A DNA stretch of 64,000 nucleotides from a virus, in IMG/VR virus record IMGVR_UViG_3300042691_023183, positions 32,001 through 96,000 of that record; one strand, 5' to 3'. The notes under the pieces are model-generated. The model made no database searches, was not told the origin of the DNA, and saw nothing but the letters and a program-made list of their open reading frames with translations. The position numbers were made by a program, and so were the translations under genes. This document shows positions 47,601 to 57,024 of this stretch, piece by piece (the first letter of the stretch is position 1; each line of letters begins with the position of its first letter).

Positions 47601-50185
47601 AAAAACTTAATATATTATTCATTTCAAATAGTGTATCTAAAACTGGTGCTCCTAAGATGTTGGAGTTGTTATTGAATTATATAAAGAAACACAAAGCTGA
47701 TAAGTATACTGTTTATGTTGCGAGCGTATTAGAATCAGAAATTAAAGTAGAAGATAAAACGTATTGGGAAAGAAACTATAACTGTTTCTTTTTACGTCCA
47801 GTTTATAACATTAATGAATTAAAAACTTCTGAAGTACCGATTCTGTTTAATTTGATAGATATTGATATTGTTTATGGAAATTGTACTTGTACACTTCCAT
47901 ATCTTTACTTGTTTAAAAAATGTAATTCTAACATTAAAACGATTTTACATTTACACGAACACGCAAATGGATTTCAAATGTCAAGAATGAAGTTTGGCGA
48001 ATACACAGAATCATTGTTTCATCATGTTGACGAATTTATCACTGTATGTAAATATCAAATTTCTGCACTTCAACAATTCAATATACCTCTAAAGAAACAA
48101 CTTCATGTGTCAGAAATGATTGATGTTGATGTTATAGAACAACTTGTTTCTACCAATCCTCCGTTTAATATAAAACAGAAAGTTAGAATTATTGGATGTG
48201 GAACAGGCGGTAGTCGTAAAGGAATTGATAGGTTCATCGAAATATCTAACAGATTTGATCCAAATATTTTTGAGTTTATATGGATTGGCGACGTACCTGT
48301 CAAGGACGACAAGGTGTTTTTAGAAGGACATGGTGTATTTGAAGATTACCACGTTGATATCGGTAATGTAAAGTTTATTGGTCAAATTTCGGTACCATCT
48401 ACATATTTTACAAATTCAAATATATTCTTGATGTTATCAAGACAAGATCCATGTCCTCTTGTAGTTTTAGAAGCGTTATACATGGGTATGTTTGTAGTTA
48501 CCATTGAAGAAAGTGGAGATTCTCACATTTACTGTACTCAATATGATGAAATATTGAAAAAGTATGACGCTGATGATGTATTTACATCTATAAATCGAAT
48601 TTTAGAAAAAAGGAAAGATCTTAATATAATCAATGAAAAACGGAATTACTACAAGATTCTTAAAAACATAGTTAGTCCAAACATTGTATCTGACAAAATT
48701 ATAAAGTTAATTGAAAATGACTATCCGATTGTGACAATTAAAAATTTCAATGATTTTGAAGGCGAAAATAACTCAGTAGTGTGGACCAAAGATACTTCAA
48801 CTATTACGTTTAATAAACCTTGTAAAAAGTTAGATTTAAAAATTCAAAATACTTTTCAAACTGCACACACTATTGACTTTGTTTTTGACACCAAAGTAAA
48901 ATCGTTATTGATTCCCCCTGATGTGTTTCATTATGATGTATCGTTTGATATATCCAACGTTAAAACGGTAACAATCAATTCAAAAGTTTATCCGTGCACA
49001 GAAGACAAACGTGTTCTTGGAACGCATTTGTTGTCGATGAAAGTTGATGGGGTTATAATTGATAAAAACATTTTCAAATCAATTGATGTTAAATCAGAGT
49101 ATCATGACGAAAATGTCAATTACTCTCCGTTTAACAAGTCAGATAAAATTGTATTTGCATGTATTGATGGAACATCTGGTTATGGCGTTTTGGCAAGAGA
49201 GACTGTGTTAAATTTACGTAATTCTGGGTATAAGGTAAATTATCTTCCATTCGTTTTTGAAAAGTCACTGGGTGGACACAATCAAGATTTGCTTCTAAAT
49301 GATTTTGATGAATCTCAGGCAACTTGTTATATCTTGAATTTTCCTCCACATATATTGGAATATGTATACAATTATTTGTTGGGTGGTCGTTGTAAAGGTA
49401 AGAAAACTATATCGTTTCCTTTGTGGGAATCTGAATATATCAAGAAAGAATATGTTGATCAGATAAACAGATTTTCATCGTCTGTAATTGTCTCATCAGA
49501 GTGGAACAAAAACACTATGAGACAATGTGGCGTTATTAAAGACATACAAGTTATGTATCATAAACCCATATTGCCACCGTTGAGAACAAAAAATGAAGTT
49601 ATCAACTTTGTTTATCAAAACTCAAAAGTATTTGGTCAACCAAAAGACTTAATAACAACAAAGAATTTTTATTCTATTGGACAATGGACGTGTCGTAAAG
49701 GAATAACCGAGGTACTTGAATCTTTTTGTCAATCTTTTACAAATAACGATAATACCGCATTGATTCTAAAAACTCATTATGTTTCACATGATGAAACAAG
49801 TGTGACAACATGTGTTGATAGAATAAATGACATATTGAAAAGATATCCAAATCATCCAACGATTTATTATATCTATGTTAATTTGTTGGATGTTGATATG
49901 ATGAATATTCATTTTTGTGGAGATGTGTATGTGTCTGCTACAAAGTCTGAAGGCATTGGTTTAGGAGCAATTACTGCGTCTGCATATAATAAACCTGTAA
50001 TAATAACAAAATATGGTGCTCAATATGAATATTTAAAGAATGATCCAAATGTGAAGTTTGTATCATATACGCTACATCCAGCGAAAGATGACTTATCGTT
50101 TAATTTGGATTTGTCAAATCAATTGTGGGCACATCCGGATATATCTGATATGGTAGATAAAATGAAAATGGTATACAAATTATGA
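47597..50185 (+). CDS. Tandem double GT4 glycosyltransferase with central beta domain
   Basis: Domain 1 TGAP, RKGID.F, SRQDPCPLVVLEA; domain 2 SGYG, WES, IGQWTCRKG, SEGIGL. Confidence 0.88.
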   Translation: MKKLNILFISNSVSKTGAPKMLELLLNYIKKHKADKYTVYVASVLESEIKVEDKTYWERNYNCFFLRPVYNINELKTSEVPILFNLIDIDIVYGNCTCTLPYLYLFKKCNSNIKTILHLHEHANGFQMSRMKFGEYTESLFHHVDEFITVCKYQISALQQFNIPLKKQLHVSEMIDVDVIEQLVSTNPPFNIKQKVRIIGCGTGGSRKGIDRFIEISNRFDPNIFEFIWIGDVPVKDDKVFLEGHGVFEDYHVDIGNVKFIGQISVPSTYFTNSNIFLMLSRQDPCPLVVLEALYMGMFVVTIEESGDSHIYCTQYDEILKKYDADDVFTSINRILEKRKDLNIINEKRNYYKILKNIVSPNIVSDKIIKLIENDYPIVTIKNFNDFEGENNSVVWTKDTSTITFNKPCKKLDLKIQNTFQTAHTIDFVFDTKVKSLLIPPDVFHYDVSFDISNVKTVTINSKVYPCTEDKRVLGTHLLSMKVDGVIIDKNIFKSIDVKSEYHDENVNYSPFNKSDKIVFACIDGTSGYGVLARETVLNLRNSGYKVNYLPFVFEKSLGGHNQDLLLNDFDESQATCYILNFPPHILEYVYNYLLGGRCKGKKTISFPLWESEYIKKEYVDQINRFSSSVIVSSEWNKNTMRQCGVIKDIQVMYHKPILPPLRTKNEVINFVYQNSKVFGQPKDLITTKNFYSIGQWTCRKGITEVLESFCQSFTNNDNTALILKTHYVSHDETSVTTCVDRINDILKRYPNHPTIYYIYVNLLDVDMMNIHFCGDVYVSATKSEGIGLGAITASAYNKPVIITKYGAQYEYLKNDPNVKFVSYTLHPAKDDLSFNLDLSNQLWAHPDISDMVDKMKMVYKL

Positions 50186-50907
50186 AAACAATTTCTGTGA
50201 CAGTTGTAGGCAGACCGGAATTTCTAACTCAATTTATTGAATGTCTTAGAAAGGTTAATAAACGAAATGAATATGTTTTATATGTTGCAGTAGAACCAAC
50301 CACAAATGAAGTATACGACTTGATAGAATCCATCGATTTCATGGAGAAAAAAGTCATTTATAACTCTAAGGTATTGGGTGTATTTGACAATCCGTATCAT
50401 TTATTATCTACAGTTTTTAATGATGGTGCGGAACATAACATTTATTTAGAGGAAGACTTACTATTCTCACAGGATATCACTGATTTGAGTGAATGGATGA
50501 TTTCTAATTTTAGTGACCGTGATTATTCACATTTTAGTATGTATATGCACTCTTTAAGTTCTAAATGGAAATGTCCTGACATAAAGTATATACGTGAACG
50601 TCATGATTCTGTATTTAGTCCACTTGGATTTACTTTAACGAAGTATCAATGGAACAGTCATTTTAAACCTAATTGGCATATTAACAAAGATGGTTGGGAT
50701 TTTTCGATATTACAATACATTAAATCACATGGGTTTAAGAATATTGAACCTCATGTATCACGTACAAAACACATAGGTCATTATGGTACAAACTGTGTAT
50801 TTGAATCAAAACAAGCTCACGATGACATGTATAATGTTAATTATTATGATGGACCCAAACCAGAATATTATGTACTGAGTGATGAACCAGTAGTTCAGTT
50901 ACAGTGA
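50182..50907 (+). CDS. GT-A fold glycosyltransferase
   Basis: RPE, LEED, GWD, SRTKHIG..G. Confidence 0.7.
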   Translation: MKTISVTVVGRPEFLTQFIECLRKVNKRNEYVLYVAVEPTTNEVYDLIESIDFMEKKVIYNSKVLGVFDNPYHLLSTVFNDGAEHNIYLEEDLLFSQDITDLSEWMISNFSDRDYSHFSMYMHSLSSKWKCPDIKYIRERHDSVFSPLGFTLTKYQWNSHFKPNWHINKDGWDFSILQYIKSHGFKNIEPHVSRTKHIGHYGTNCVFESKQAHDDMYNVNYYDGPKPEYYVLSDEPVVQLQ

Positions 50908-51566
50908 TATGATATAAGTTCGTGATTGTTTTTATCAATCGGAGATATGTGGTGTTTTAAGAATATGTTTGTTAGTATACTTTGATCATGACGGTGATCT
51001 CTAAATCCATCAAAGTTTGGTTCTCCACATATGTTAGGAAGATCTGTTACAATTTTTTCATTTTGACAGTGTTGTAACCATTCTGTAATTATTTGAACTG
51101 CGACTGGACTATTTTTCACTCCTATTAGTCCTGCTTCTAATTGGGTTGAATTGTGATATTTTGGTTCATCACAGTTCATTAAAATAAAACAATCACGTTT
51201 AGTCCAATGACGATGCAAATGACACATGTCGAATACAAATAAATGATTGGTTTGCATGTGTTCTATAAAAACTTCAAAGAACTTTGAACTCACCATATCT
51301 TGAGAGTCCATATAGACCAACAATTCGTTTGGTTCTAACTTTGTCATTTCTTGTAGAATAAAGTATGGTTTCCACAACCAATATCCATATCCTCTTTTGT
51401 ATTTGAAGATATGTTTATTATCTTGTTTAAACTTTTCGTCAATATCGTGTTCATTTTTTTGTATGTGATGAACCGGATATATTTCTAGTATTTTTTCATT
51501 CAATCTTTGACGAAAAGGTTCGTATGCTTCTGTAGCGAAGGTTATGATTTTTATCTTTAATGACAT
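50895..51566 (-). CDS. Putative glycosyltransferase
   Basis: RGYGYWLWKP, YMDS, WTKRD, HRHDQS. Confidence 0.7.
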   Translation of the reverse strand: MSLKIKIITFATEAYEPFRQRLNEKILEIYPVHHIQKNEHDIDEKFKQDNKHIFKYKRGYGYWLWKPYFILQEMTKLEPNELLVYMDSQDMVSSKFFEVFIEHMQTNHLFVFDMCHLHRHWTKRDCFILMNCDEPKYHNSTQLEAGLIGVKNSPVAVQIITEWLQHCQNEKIVTDLPNICGEPNFDGFRDHRHDQSILTNIFLKHHISPIDKNNHELISYHCN

Positions 51567-51585
51567 GTATCAATATATATTTACA

Positions 51586-52254
51586 ATGAAAAATGTAATT
51601 TGTTTTGTTTTATCCACTGAGAAATATGTAGATCGTATTGAAAGAATTGAAAGAACGTGGAGTAAAAATGTACCAACAATTTTTTATTCGGATCATGATG
51701 TAATAGAACGGAATATTATAAAAGTACATGATGAAAAAAACTATCGTGCTGCCGAAATGAAACAATACAAAGTTTTGAATTCGATAAAAAAGATGTCAGA
51801 TGTTATTTCAAAATATGATTGGATCTGTTTTACCGATGATGACACTTTTTTGAATGTTAAAAAACTAAATGAAATAATTCAGACTTTGGATGAAACCAAA
51901 TCTTATGGTGAAGTTTTATCTTATCAAAACGATCCACGAAATCCGATGTTTCAACGATCTGATATACCTAAAGATTTAAGGTATCCAAATGGAGGGTCTG
52001 GATTTTTAATTAGTGTAAAAACAATAAACCAAATACCCGAGTTTAAAAGTTATGATACTGGATTTAGTGATGTAACATTTGGTTTAAATTTATATTTTAA
52101 CGGTGTATATATAGAACACTGTGATTTGTTTCATAGACACCCACCTTCTTTTTATAATCACAACATTGATCAAATTAAAAAGAATATCTCGTATCATTAC
52201 ATATTAAACGACGATGATATGAATAAACTATATTCAATCACTGAGGAAGAGTAA
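51586..52254 (+). CDS. GT31/Fringe-like glycosyltransferase
   Basis: R...I..TW, DDDTF, GGSGFLIS, DV.FG, ISYH. Confidence 0.85.
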   Translation: MKNVICFVLSTEKYVDRIERIERTWSKNVPTIFYSDHDVIERNIIKVHDEKNYRAAEMKQYKVLNSIKKMSDVISKYDWICFTDDDTFLNVKKLNEIIQTLDETKSYGEVLSYQNDPRNPMFQRSDIPKDLRYPNGGSGFLISVKTINQIPEFKSYDTGFSDVTFGLNLYFNGVYIEHCDLFHRHPPSFYNHNIDQIKKNISYHYILNDDDMNKLYSITEEE

Positions 52255-52903
52255 AAAATGGACTATGACATACTTCTGGGTGCATGTGTGAACTACGTCC
52301 GGGTATACAAGATGCCACTTTTCGTTTATTTTTTCTTATTTGAACAAATCCGTGATAATCATATTGCCAAATGTTATGCACCACTTCGTTCATCCAAATA
52401 TCATAATCTTCAACCAAAGTTTGGTGTTTAAAAGCAAATGTACCGGTAGTTGAGTTGGTGTATTTCCAATGAGAACTCTTGGTTAAGAATACCACTGTAT
52501 TTTCTCCAATATCTGTTAATTCTGGATTTGGGTAAATGAACTGAGAATATTTATCTGGATGGTCATATAAAGTAACATAATCAGCGTGTTGTAATCCTTC
52601 TTCAAACAGTATATCTGACCCCGGATAGTGTATGTAATCGTCTTCTACCATGTACACAATATCGTCTGAATCGAAGTTATTACGACAAAATTCAAACTTA
52701 TCAATCATGTATTTATCCTTTCCACGTACTTGATTGTCTACCGTAACATTGTAGGATTTCAGAAAATCCATCATTTCGTCGCTCAAATCATCACCCAATA
52801 TATAAATGTTGTGATTGGTGAATACTGTAAATAAGTTTTCTAAACATGGCTTTTTTGGATAGGTTGATCTAGATTTTTCACACAAAGAAAGCACAACATT
52901 CAT
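52238..52903 (-). CDS. GT-A-like protein
   Basis: YMVEDDYIH, LYDHPDKY, STT.TF. Confidence 0.7.
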   Translation of the reverse strand: MNVVLSLCEKSRSTYPKKPCLENLFTVFTNHNIYILGDDLSDEMMDFLKSYNVTVDNQVRGKDKYMIDKFEFCRNNFDSDDIVYMVEDDYIHYPGSDILFEEGLQHADYVTLYDHPDKYSQFIYPNPELTDIGENTVVFLTKSSHWKYTNSTTGTFAFKHQTLVEDYDIWMNEVVHNIWQYDYHGFVQIRKNKRKVASCIPGRSSHMHPEVCHSPFFTLPQ

Positions 52904-52960
52904 ATATTGATATATATCAATATCTGATGTGATTTGATATTTTTACCATATTTATAGATT

Positions 52961-54856
52961 ATGACCTATAAAGACTTCTTCAAAGAATATAATATGAGTC
53001 AGGTTCCTGTTGGTGGACAACCATCAATTTCAGGTCAATCTGGAACATATGCATCACCTGACGTGACTCAAAATCCCGGTTCGTTTCCTGCAGATAGTTC
53101 AAATGTCAATATTGTTCCTCCAGTGGATCAAGACATTAAGTCCAAAATTGATCCTGAACAGTATAAAAAGGATGTTGAGGACGTTAAAACAAAGGTAACT
53201 CCCGATGATATCATTCAAGGGATGCAATATGAACTCAAGAAACAGATTTATAAGAACAAAATGGTTGCAAAGGAAACCGTTGTTCAAAACTTGAAAGAAA
53301 ATCCACGTTATTATCGTGATCTTGGTATGTTGGGAATGACTCCTGACATGATGAATGAATCTGTTACAGGCGATATTAATGAGAAATTGGAACTTCATCG
53401 CCATACCGATGAGGAAACCGGAAAACAATACATTATTGTGGTGTCTGATTTATACAAACCATACGATCCAGATCAACCAGAATCTCCAGATAATAATCCA
53501 GACACTACGGTTAAAAGTTCTAGAGCTGCTGGTAATGAAACATATAAATCAAAGGATGGCATCAAGTCATTGGGATTTCTATGGAATCCAGATAGAGGGT
53601 GGGAAAAACCATATACTACCGATGAAGATTTACGATACTATATGAAAGCAATTGAGAAGATCAATGCTGGATATTCATATAATTGGAAAACGAAAACGTG
53701 GACTCCTCCAAAATCTGGTCCTATACAATATGAAGAGTTGTTACATACATTTGAAAATCTTAAAGTGTTTGTAGAGAGAGAAGACTTTAACAAGAAACGA
53801 ATGCTTGCCGACAAAATTACATCGATAATTAATGATTTGGCAAACGCAATTGAAGGAGCTTCAATGAGCGAAGCAATGAAGTCGTTTTTGAATTTCAAAA
53901 AGAAATTTTGGAAGTACAGCTTTAGTAATAGTTTACTAATTTGGTCACAAAAACCTAATGCTACTCAAGTTGCTGGACTTAGTAAATGGAAAGAACTTGG
54001 TATAAAAGTTAACTTTGAAACTGCTACTCGCATTAAAATTTGGAGACCTCTAAAAGCAAAGAAAGATGATTCCGAAGTTAAACCGGGAGAAGATACTGGT
54101 CTAGATGATGAAATAGCTAAAAATAACATTACACGATTTGTTATTGGAATCGTGTATGATATTTCAGATACTAATGCCGCAGAGTTAGGAAAGATACCAC
54201 AAATACCACAATGGCACGATCCTAATACGCCAAGTGAAACCGCTGATAAACTTTATAATTATCTCATTGAATTTTGTCAAGATAAAGGTATCAAAGTTAC
54301 CACTGATCCAGCCACGGGTAAAGAACAAGGATGGGCAAGTGGAGATCATATTAACTTAACAAGTACTATATCGGGTATAAATCGTGTGTCAACTTTGATT
54401 CACGAAATTGCACATTCATTATTACACTTTAAAGATAGTTCAGTGTTTTATGGAAATGATGAAACGTTAAAGTTAACCAAAGAAGAAGCCGAACTTCAAG
54501 CTGAATCAGTTGCTTATACTGTGACAAATCATTATGGACTAGATACAAAACACGGCGCCGCTTACATTTCCCTGTGGAAAGGTAATAAAGAAGCTGTTCA
54601 GAAAAATTTAACTTTAATACATAAAGTTGCTACCTTTATTATTAAAGGTGTTGATCAAATTGCAGAAGAAAAATCGAAAGAAACTCCAATGAACGAAAAT
54701 CAAAAAGAGAAGATTGGAAGTATCATACGTGATATGGCTAATCAATCCAAAACACGTGAACGTGTTGAACAAAAATATGGTAACTTTGAAGCTATCAAGA
54801 AGTTGATGGAAGAAAAATGGGAAGAAAAGAAAAAGAGAAGGAACTACGGTGGATAA
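52961..54856 (+). CDS. Mosaic protein: head-protein-like N-terminus + ArdC-like ssDNA-binding domain + zincin metallopeptidase
   Basis: FWKYSFSNSLLIWSQ.P.AT.VAG...W..LG (ArdC-N); TLIHEIAH..LH and ELQAESVAY (ImmA/MPTase zincin). Confidence 0.82.
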   Translation: MTYKDFFKEYNMSQVPVGGQPSISGQSGTYASPDVTQNPGSFPADSSNVNIVPPVDQDIKSKIDPEQYKKDVEDVKTKVTPDDIIQGMQYELKKQIYKNKMVAKETVVQNLKENPRYYRDLGMLGMTPDMMNESVTGDINEKLELHRHTDEETGKQYIIVVSDLYKPYDPDQPESPDNNPDTTVKSSRAAGNETYKSKDGIKSLGFLWNPDRGWEKPYTTDEDLRYYMKAIEKINAGYSYNWKTKTWTPPKSGPIQYEELLHTFENLKVFVEREDFNKKRMLADKITSIINDLANAIEGASMSEAMKSFLNFKKKFWKYSFSNSLLIWSQKPNATQVAGLSKWKELGIKVNFETATRIKIWRPLKAKKDDSEVKPGEDTGLDDEIAKNNITRFVIGIVYDISDTNAAELGKIPQIPQWHDPNTPSETADKLYNYLIEFCQDKGIKVTTDPATGKEQGWASGDHINLTSTISGINRVSTLIHEIAHSLLHFKDSSVFYGNDETLKLTKEEAELQAESVAYTVTNHYGLDTKHGAAYISLWKGNKEAVQKNLTLIHKVATFIIKGVDQIAEEKSKETPMNENQKEKIGSIIRDMANQSKTRERVEQKYGNFEAIKKLMEEKWEEKKKRRNYGG

Positions 54857-55043
54857 ACCTAAAGGAGATTGGTATATTGTAGGATCTCAGAAGAAAATTC
54901 AAGATCCTCTGATTGGTCATCCGGCTATGAAAGGTCGTAGATGGCAAATTGATTACGCATATCCATCAAATGGTTATAGTAAAATGCAAAAAGCCGAACA
55001 AGAAGCTTCACAACACAAACATAAAAGTAACAACCGACCATGA
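54849..55043 (+). CDS. Small hypothetical protein
   Basis: GTG start; overlaps both neighbours in coupled fashion. Confidence 0.5.
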   Translation: MDKPKGDWYIVGSQKKIQDPLIGHPAMKGRRWQIDYAYPSNGYSKMQKAEQEASQHKHKSNNRP

Positions 55044-55945
55044 AATATAAAGACTTTTTCATCAACGAAGATAACGAACTCAAAGGTGGTGTAGGTGACG
55101 CAACCGCTCCAGCAAATGTAGATCCCGCACAACTAGCGTTGGGTGTTCAAATCGAAATGGAACATACCAACGATGAAAAGATTGCTACCGAAATTGCATT
55201 GGACCATCTAACAGAAGACGGTCAATACTATCAGAAGTTAATCGCCGCTGGTCTTGCCAAAGAGTTTCAACCACAAGCCAATTCTGGATTTGGTGATCCA
55301 AAACAAAGTTTCAACGACAAAGCCAGACTTGGAAGCGAAATATCTTGTACACCGGGAAACAATGTGGTAGGTAAGATTGGTACAACACCAATTGGTCAAG
55401 TCAAAGACAGTGAACCAGTTGGACCAAGTAAAGTACCTGGCGTTGAACTTGATATTGATGAACCATCGTTAGATGAAGATAGATGTACAAACATTGCCAA
55501 ACGTAAGTACAAAAAGTGGCCAAGTGCATACGCAAGTGGTGCCGTTGTACGTTGCAGAAAAGGAAAGATTTGGCGTAAAAAGAATGAAGAAGTTGAACTA
55601 GAAGAGAAAAAAGACTTTAGTAAAGAAAAGAAACAAGGTCTTCATGGATGGTTTGCAAGACAGGGTGGAAAAGGAAAAAGCAAAGGTTGGGTAGATTGCA
55701 ATACTTGTCGTAAAGATAAAAAGACCGGTCGTAAAACATGTAAAGCCTGTGGTCGTCAAGCCGGTGAAAAACGATCCAAGTATCCAGCTTGTCGTCCAAC
55801 TCCTTCACAGTGTAATAAACGTGGAACAAGTAAGAAAAAAGGTCCAAGCTCGGTTTCTTGGCAAAAGAAAAAGAATGAATCTGTAGAACCACAGAATCCA
55901 ATCAAGTTGACCGATATTCTCAAAGATATATTGAAAGACCAATGA
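55040..55945 (+). CDS. Mosaic phage protein (DUF5661-like + basic Cys-rich module)
   Basis: GVQIEMEHT....A.EIALDHL.E...YY.KL; KWPSAYASG, GL..WF, WVD, CGR, KYPACRP. Confidence 0.72.
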   Translation: MKYKDFFINEDNELKGGVGDATAPANVDPAQLALGVQIEMEHTNDEKIATEIALDHLTEDGQYYQKLIAAGLAKEFQPQANSGFGDPKQSFNDKARLGSEISCTPGNNVVGKIGTTPIGQVKDSEPVGPSKVPGVELDIDEPSLDEDRCTNIAKRKYKKWPSAYASGAVVRCRKGKIWRKKNEEVELEEKKDFSKEKKQGLHGWFARQGGKGKSKGWVDCNTCRKDKKTGRKTCKACGRQAGEKRSKYPACRPTPSQCNKRGTSKKKGPSSVSWQKKKNESVEPQNPIKLTDILKDILKDQ

Positions 55946-57024
55946 TCAAACTAGCAGACATCGCAAGAGAAATTCTTTCGGAGGAAAACGTTAAGAAACT
56001 CTTTGGATCATTATCCAACAGAGTTACCACCGAGGAAATGCATGGTGTTTTTGGTGAGTTAAAAAAGAAACTCGCTAAGAAGTTTTCTAGCTTCAACAAC
56101 ACAACCAAACTGTCAAGTCGTCAAGATCATGGCGATATTGACATTGTTGTTGTACCTCCTGCGGGACAATCTGCGCGTGATATTATAACCAACGCAGTTG
56201 GAACCAATATTGTCAGAAATACCGAACCAAATGCGGTTGTAACATCTAATGGTAACGTATATCAACCAAAACAAATGTATGTTACCACCAATGGTAATAT
56301 CTTTTCTATATTGTATCGGCCAGATAAGTTGGATAAACAAGTTCATATTGACTTTATTGTAGCAAAAGATGAAGAAGATGCACGTAACAAACAAGATTAT
56401 CTAGCATACAATGACTTTTCAGGTATAGTTGGTGTTATTGCCAGAAAACTTGGGTTTAAGTATGGTAGTGATGGTTTCTTTAAGATCTTTGTTGATAACA
56501 AGGGTCAAAATCGATCAATCTTAATTACAAAGAACCTTCGTGACGCTCAAAAGATTCTTGGTTTTCGTAATGTTGATACTAATTTTTCCAACATTAAGAG
56601 TGAAGATGATATTGTAGAATACATCAAGACATCACCATTGTTTGATATACGTCAATTAAGTGGTGAATTGAATCGTGGTGATCGTAAAAAGATGCGTAGT
56701 GAACGTCAGTCCGCGCAGTATATACGTGATCAGTTGTTGCAAAGTGGTCAACGTCGTAGTGTGAATGATGATGACTTCTTCTTCAAGTCGTTGTTTCCAT
56801 CTTTGTATGATCAGGTTGACCAAGAAAAACAAAAGTTAGACGCCGAAACCGTTAAAACTGAAAAGTATAATGGTAAGTGGATCATAAACACATTCAATTT
56901 GAAGACTGGTAAGGTTATAGGCGATATTAAAGACCATTTGAACAAACAGTATGGTGACGAGTTAGAAAACACCCCTGAAGAAGAAGTGATTAACACTGTT
57001 AAACAATATTTATCTACACTATGA
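55942..57024 (+). CDS. Pol-beta-superfamily nucleotidyltransferase
   Basis: DHGDIDIVV, VHIDF, GFKYG..G; C-terminal NG..I....L..G..IG tail reminiscent of CCA enzymes. Confidence 0.75.
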   Translation: MIKLADIAREILSEENVKKLFGSLSNRVTTEEMHGVFGELKKKLAKKFSSFNNTTKLSSRQDHGDIDIVVVPPAGQSARDIITNAVGTNIVRNTEPNAVVTSNGNVYQPKQMYVTTNGNIFSILYRPDKLDKQVHIDFIVAKDEEDARNKQDYLAYNDFSGIVGVIARKLGFKYGSDGFFKIFVDNKGQNRSILITKNLRDAQKILGFRNVDTNFSNIKSEDDIVEYIKTSPLFDIRQLSGELNRGDRKKMRSERQSAQYIRDQLLQSGQRRSVNDDDFFFKSLFPSLYDQVDQEKQKLDAETVKTEKYNGKWIINTFNLKTGKVIGDIKDHLNKQYGDELENTPEEEVINTVKQYLSTL

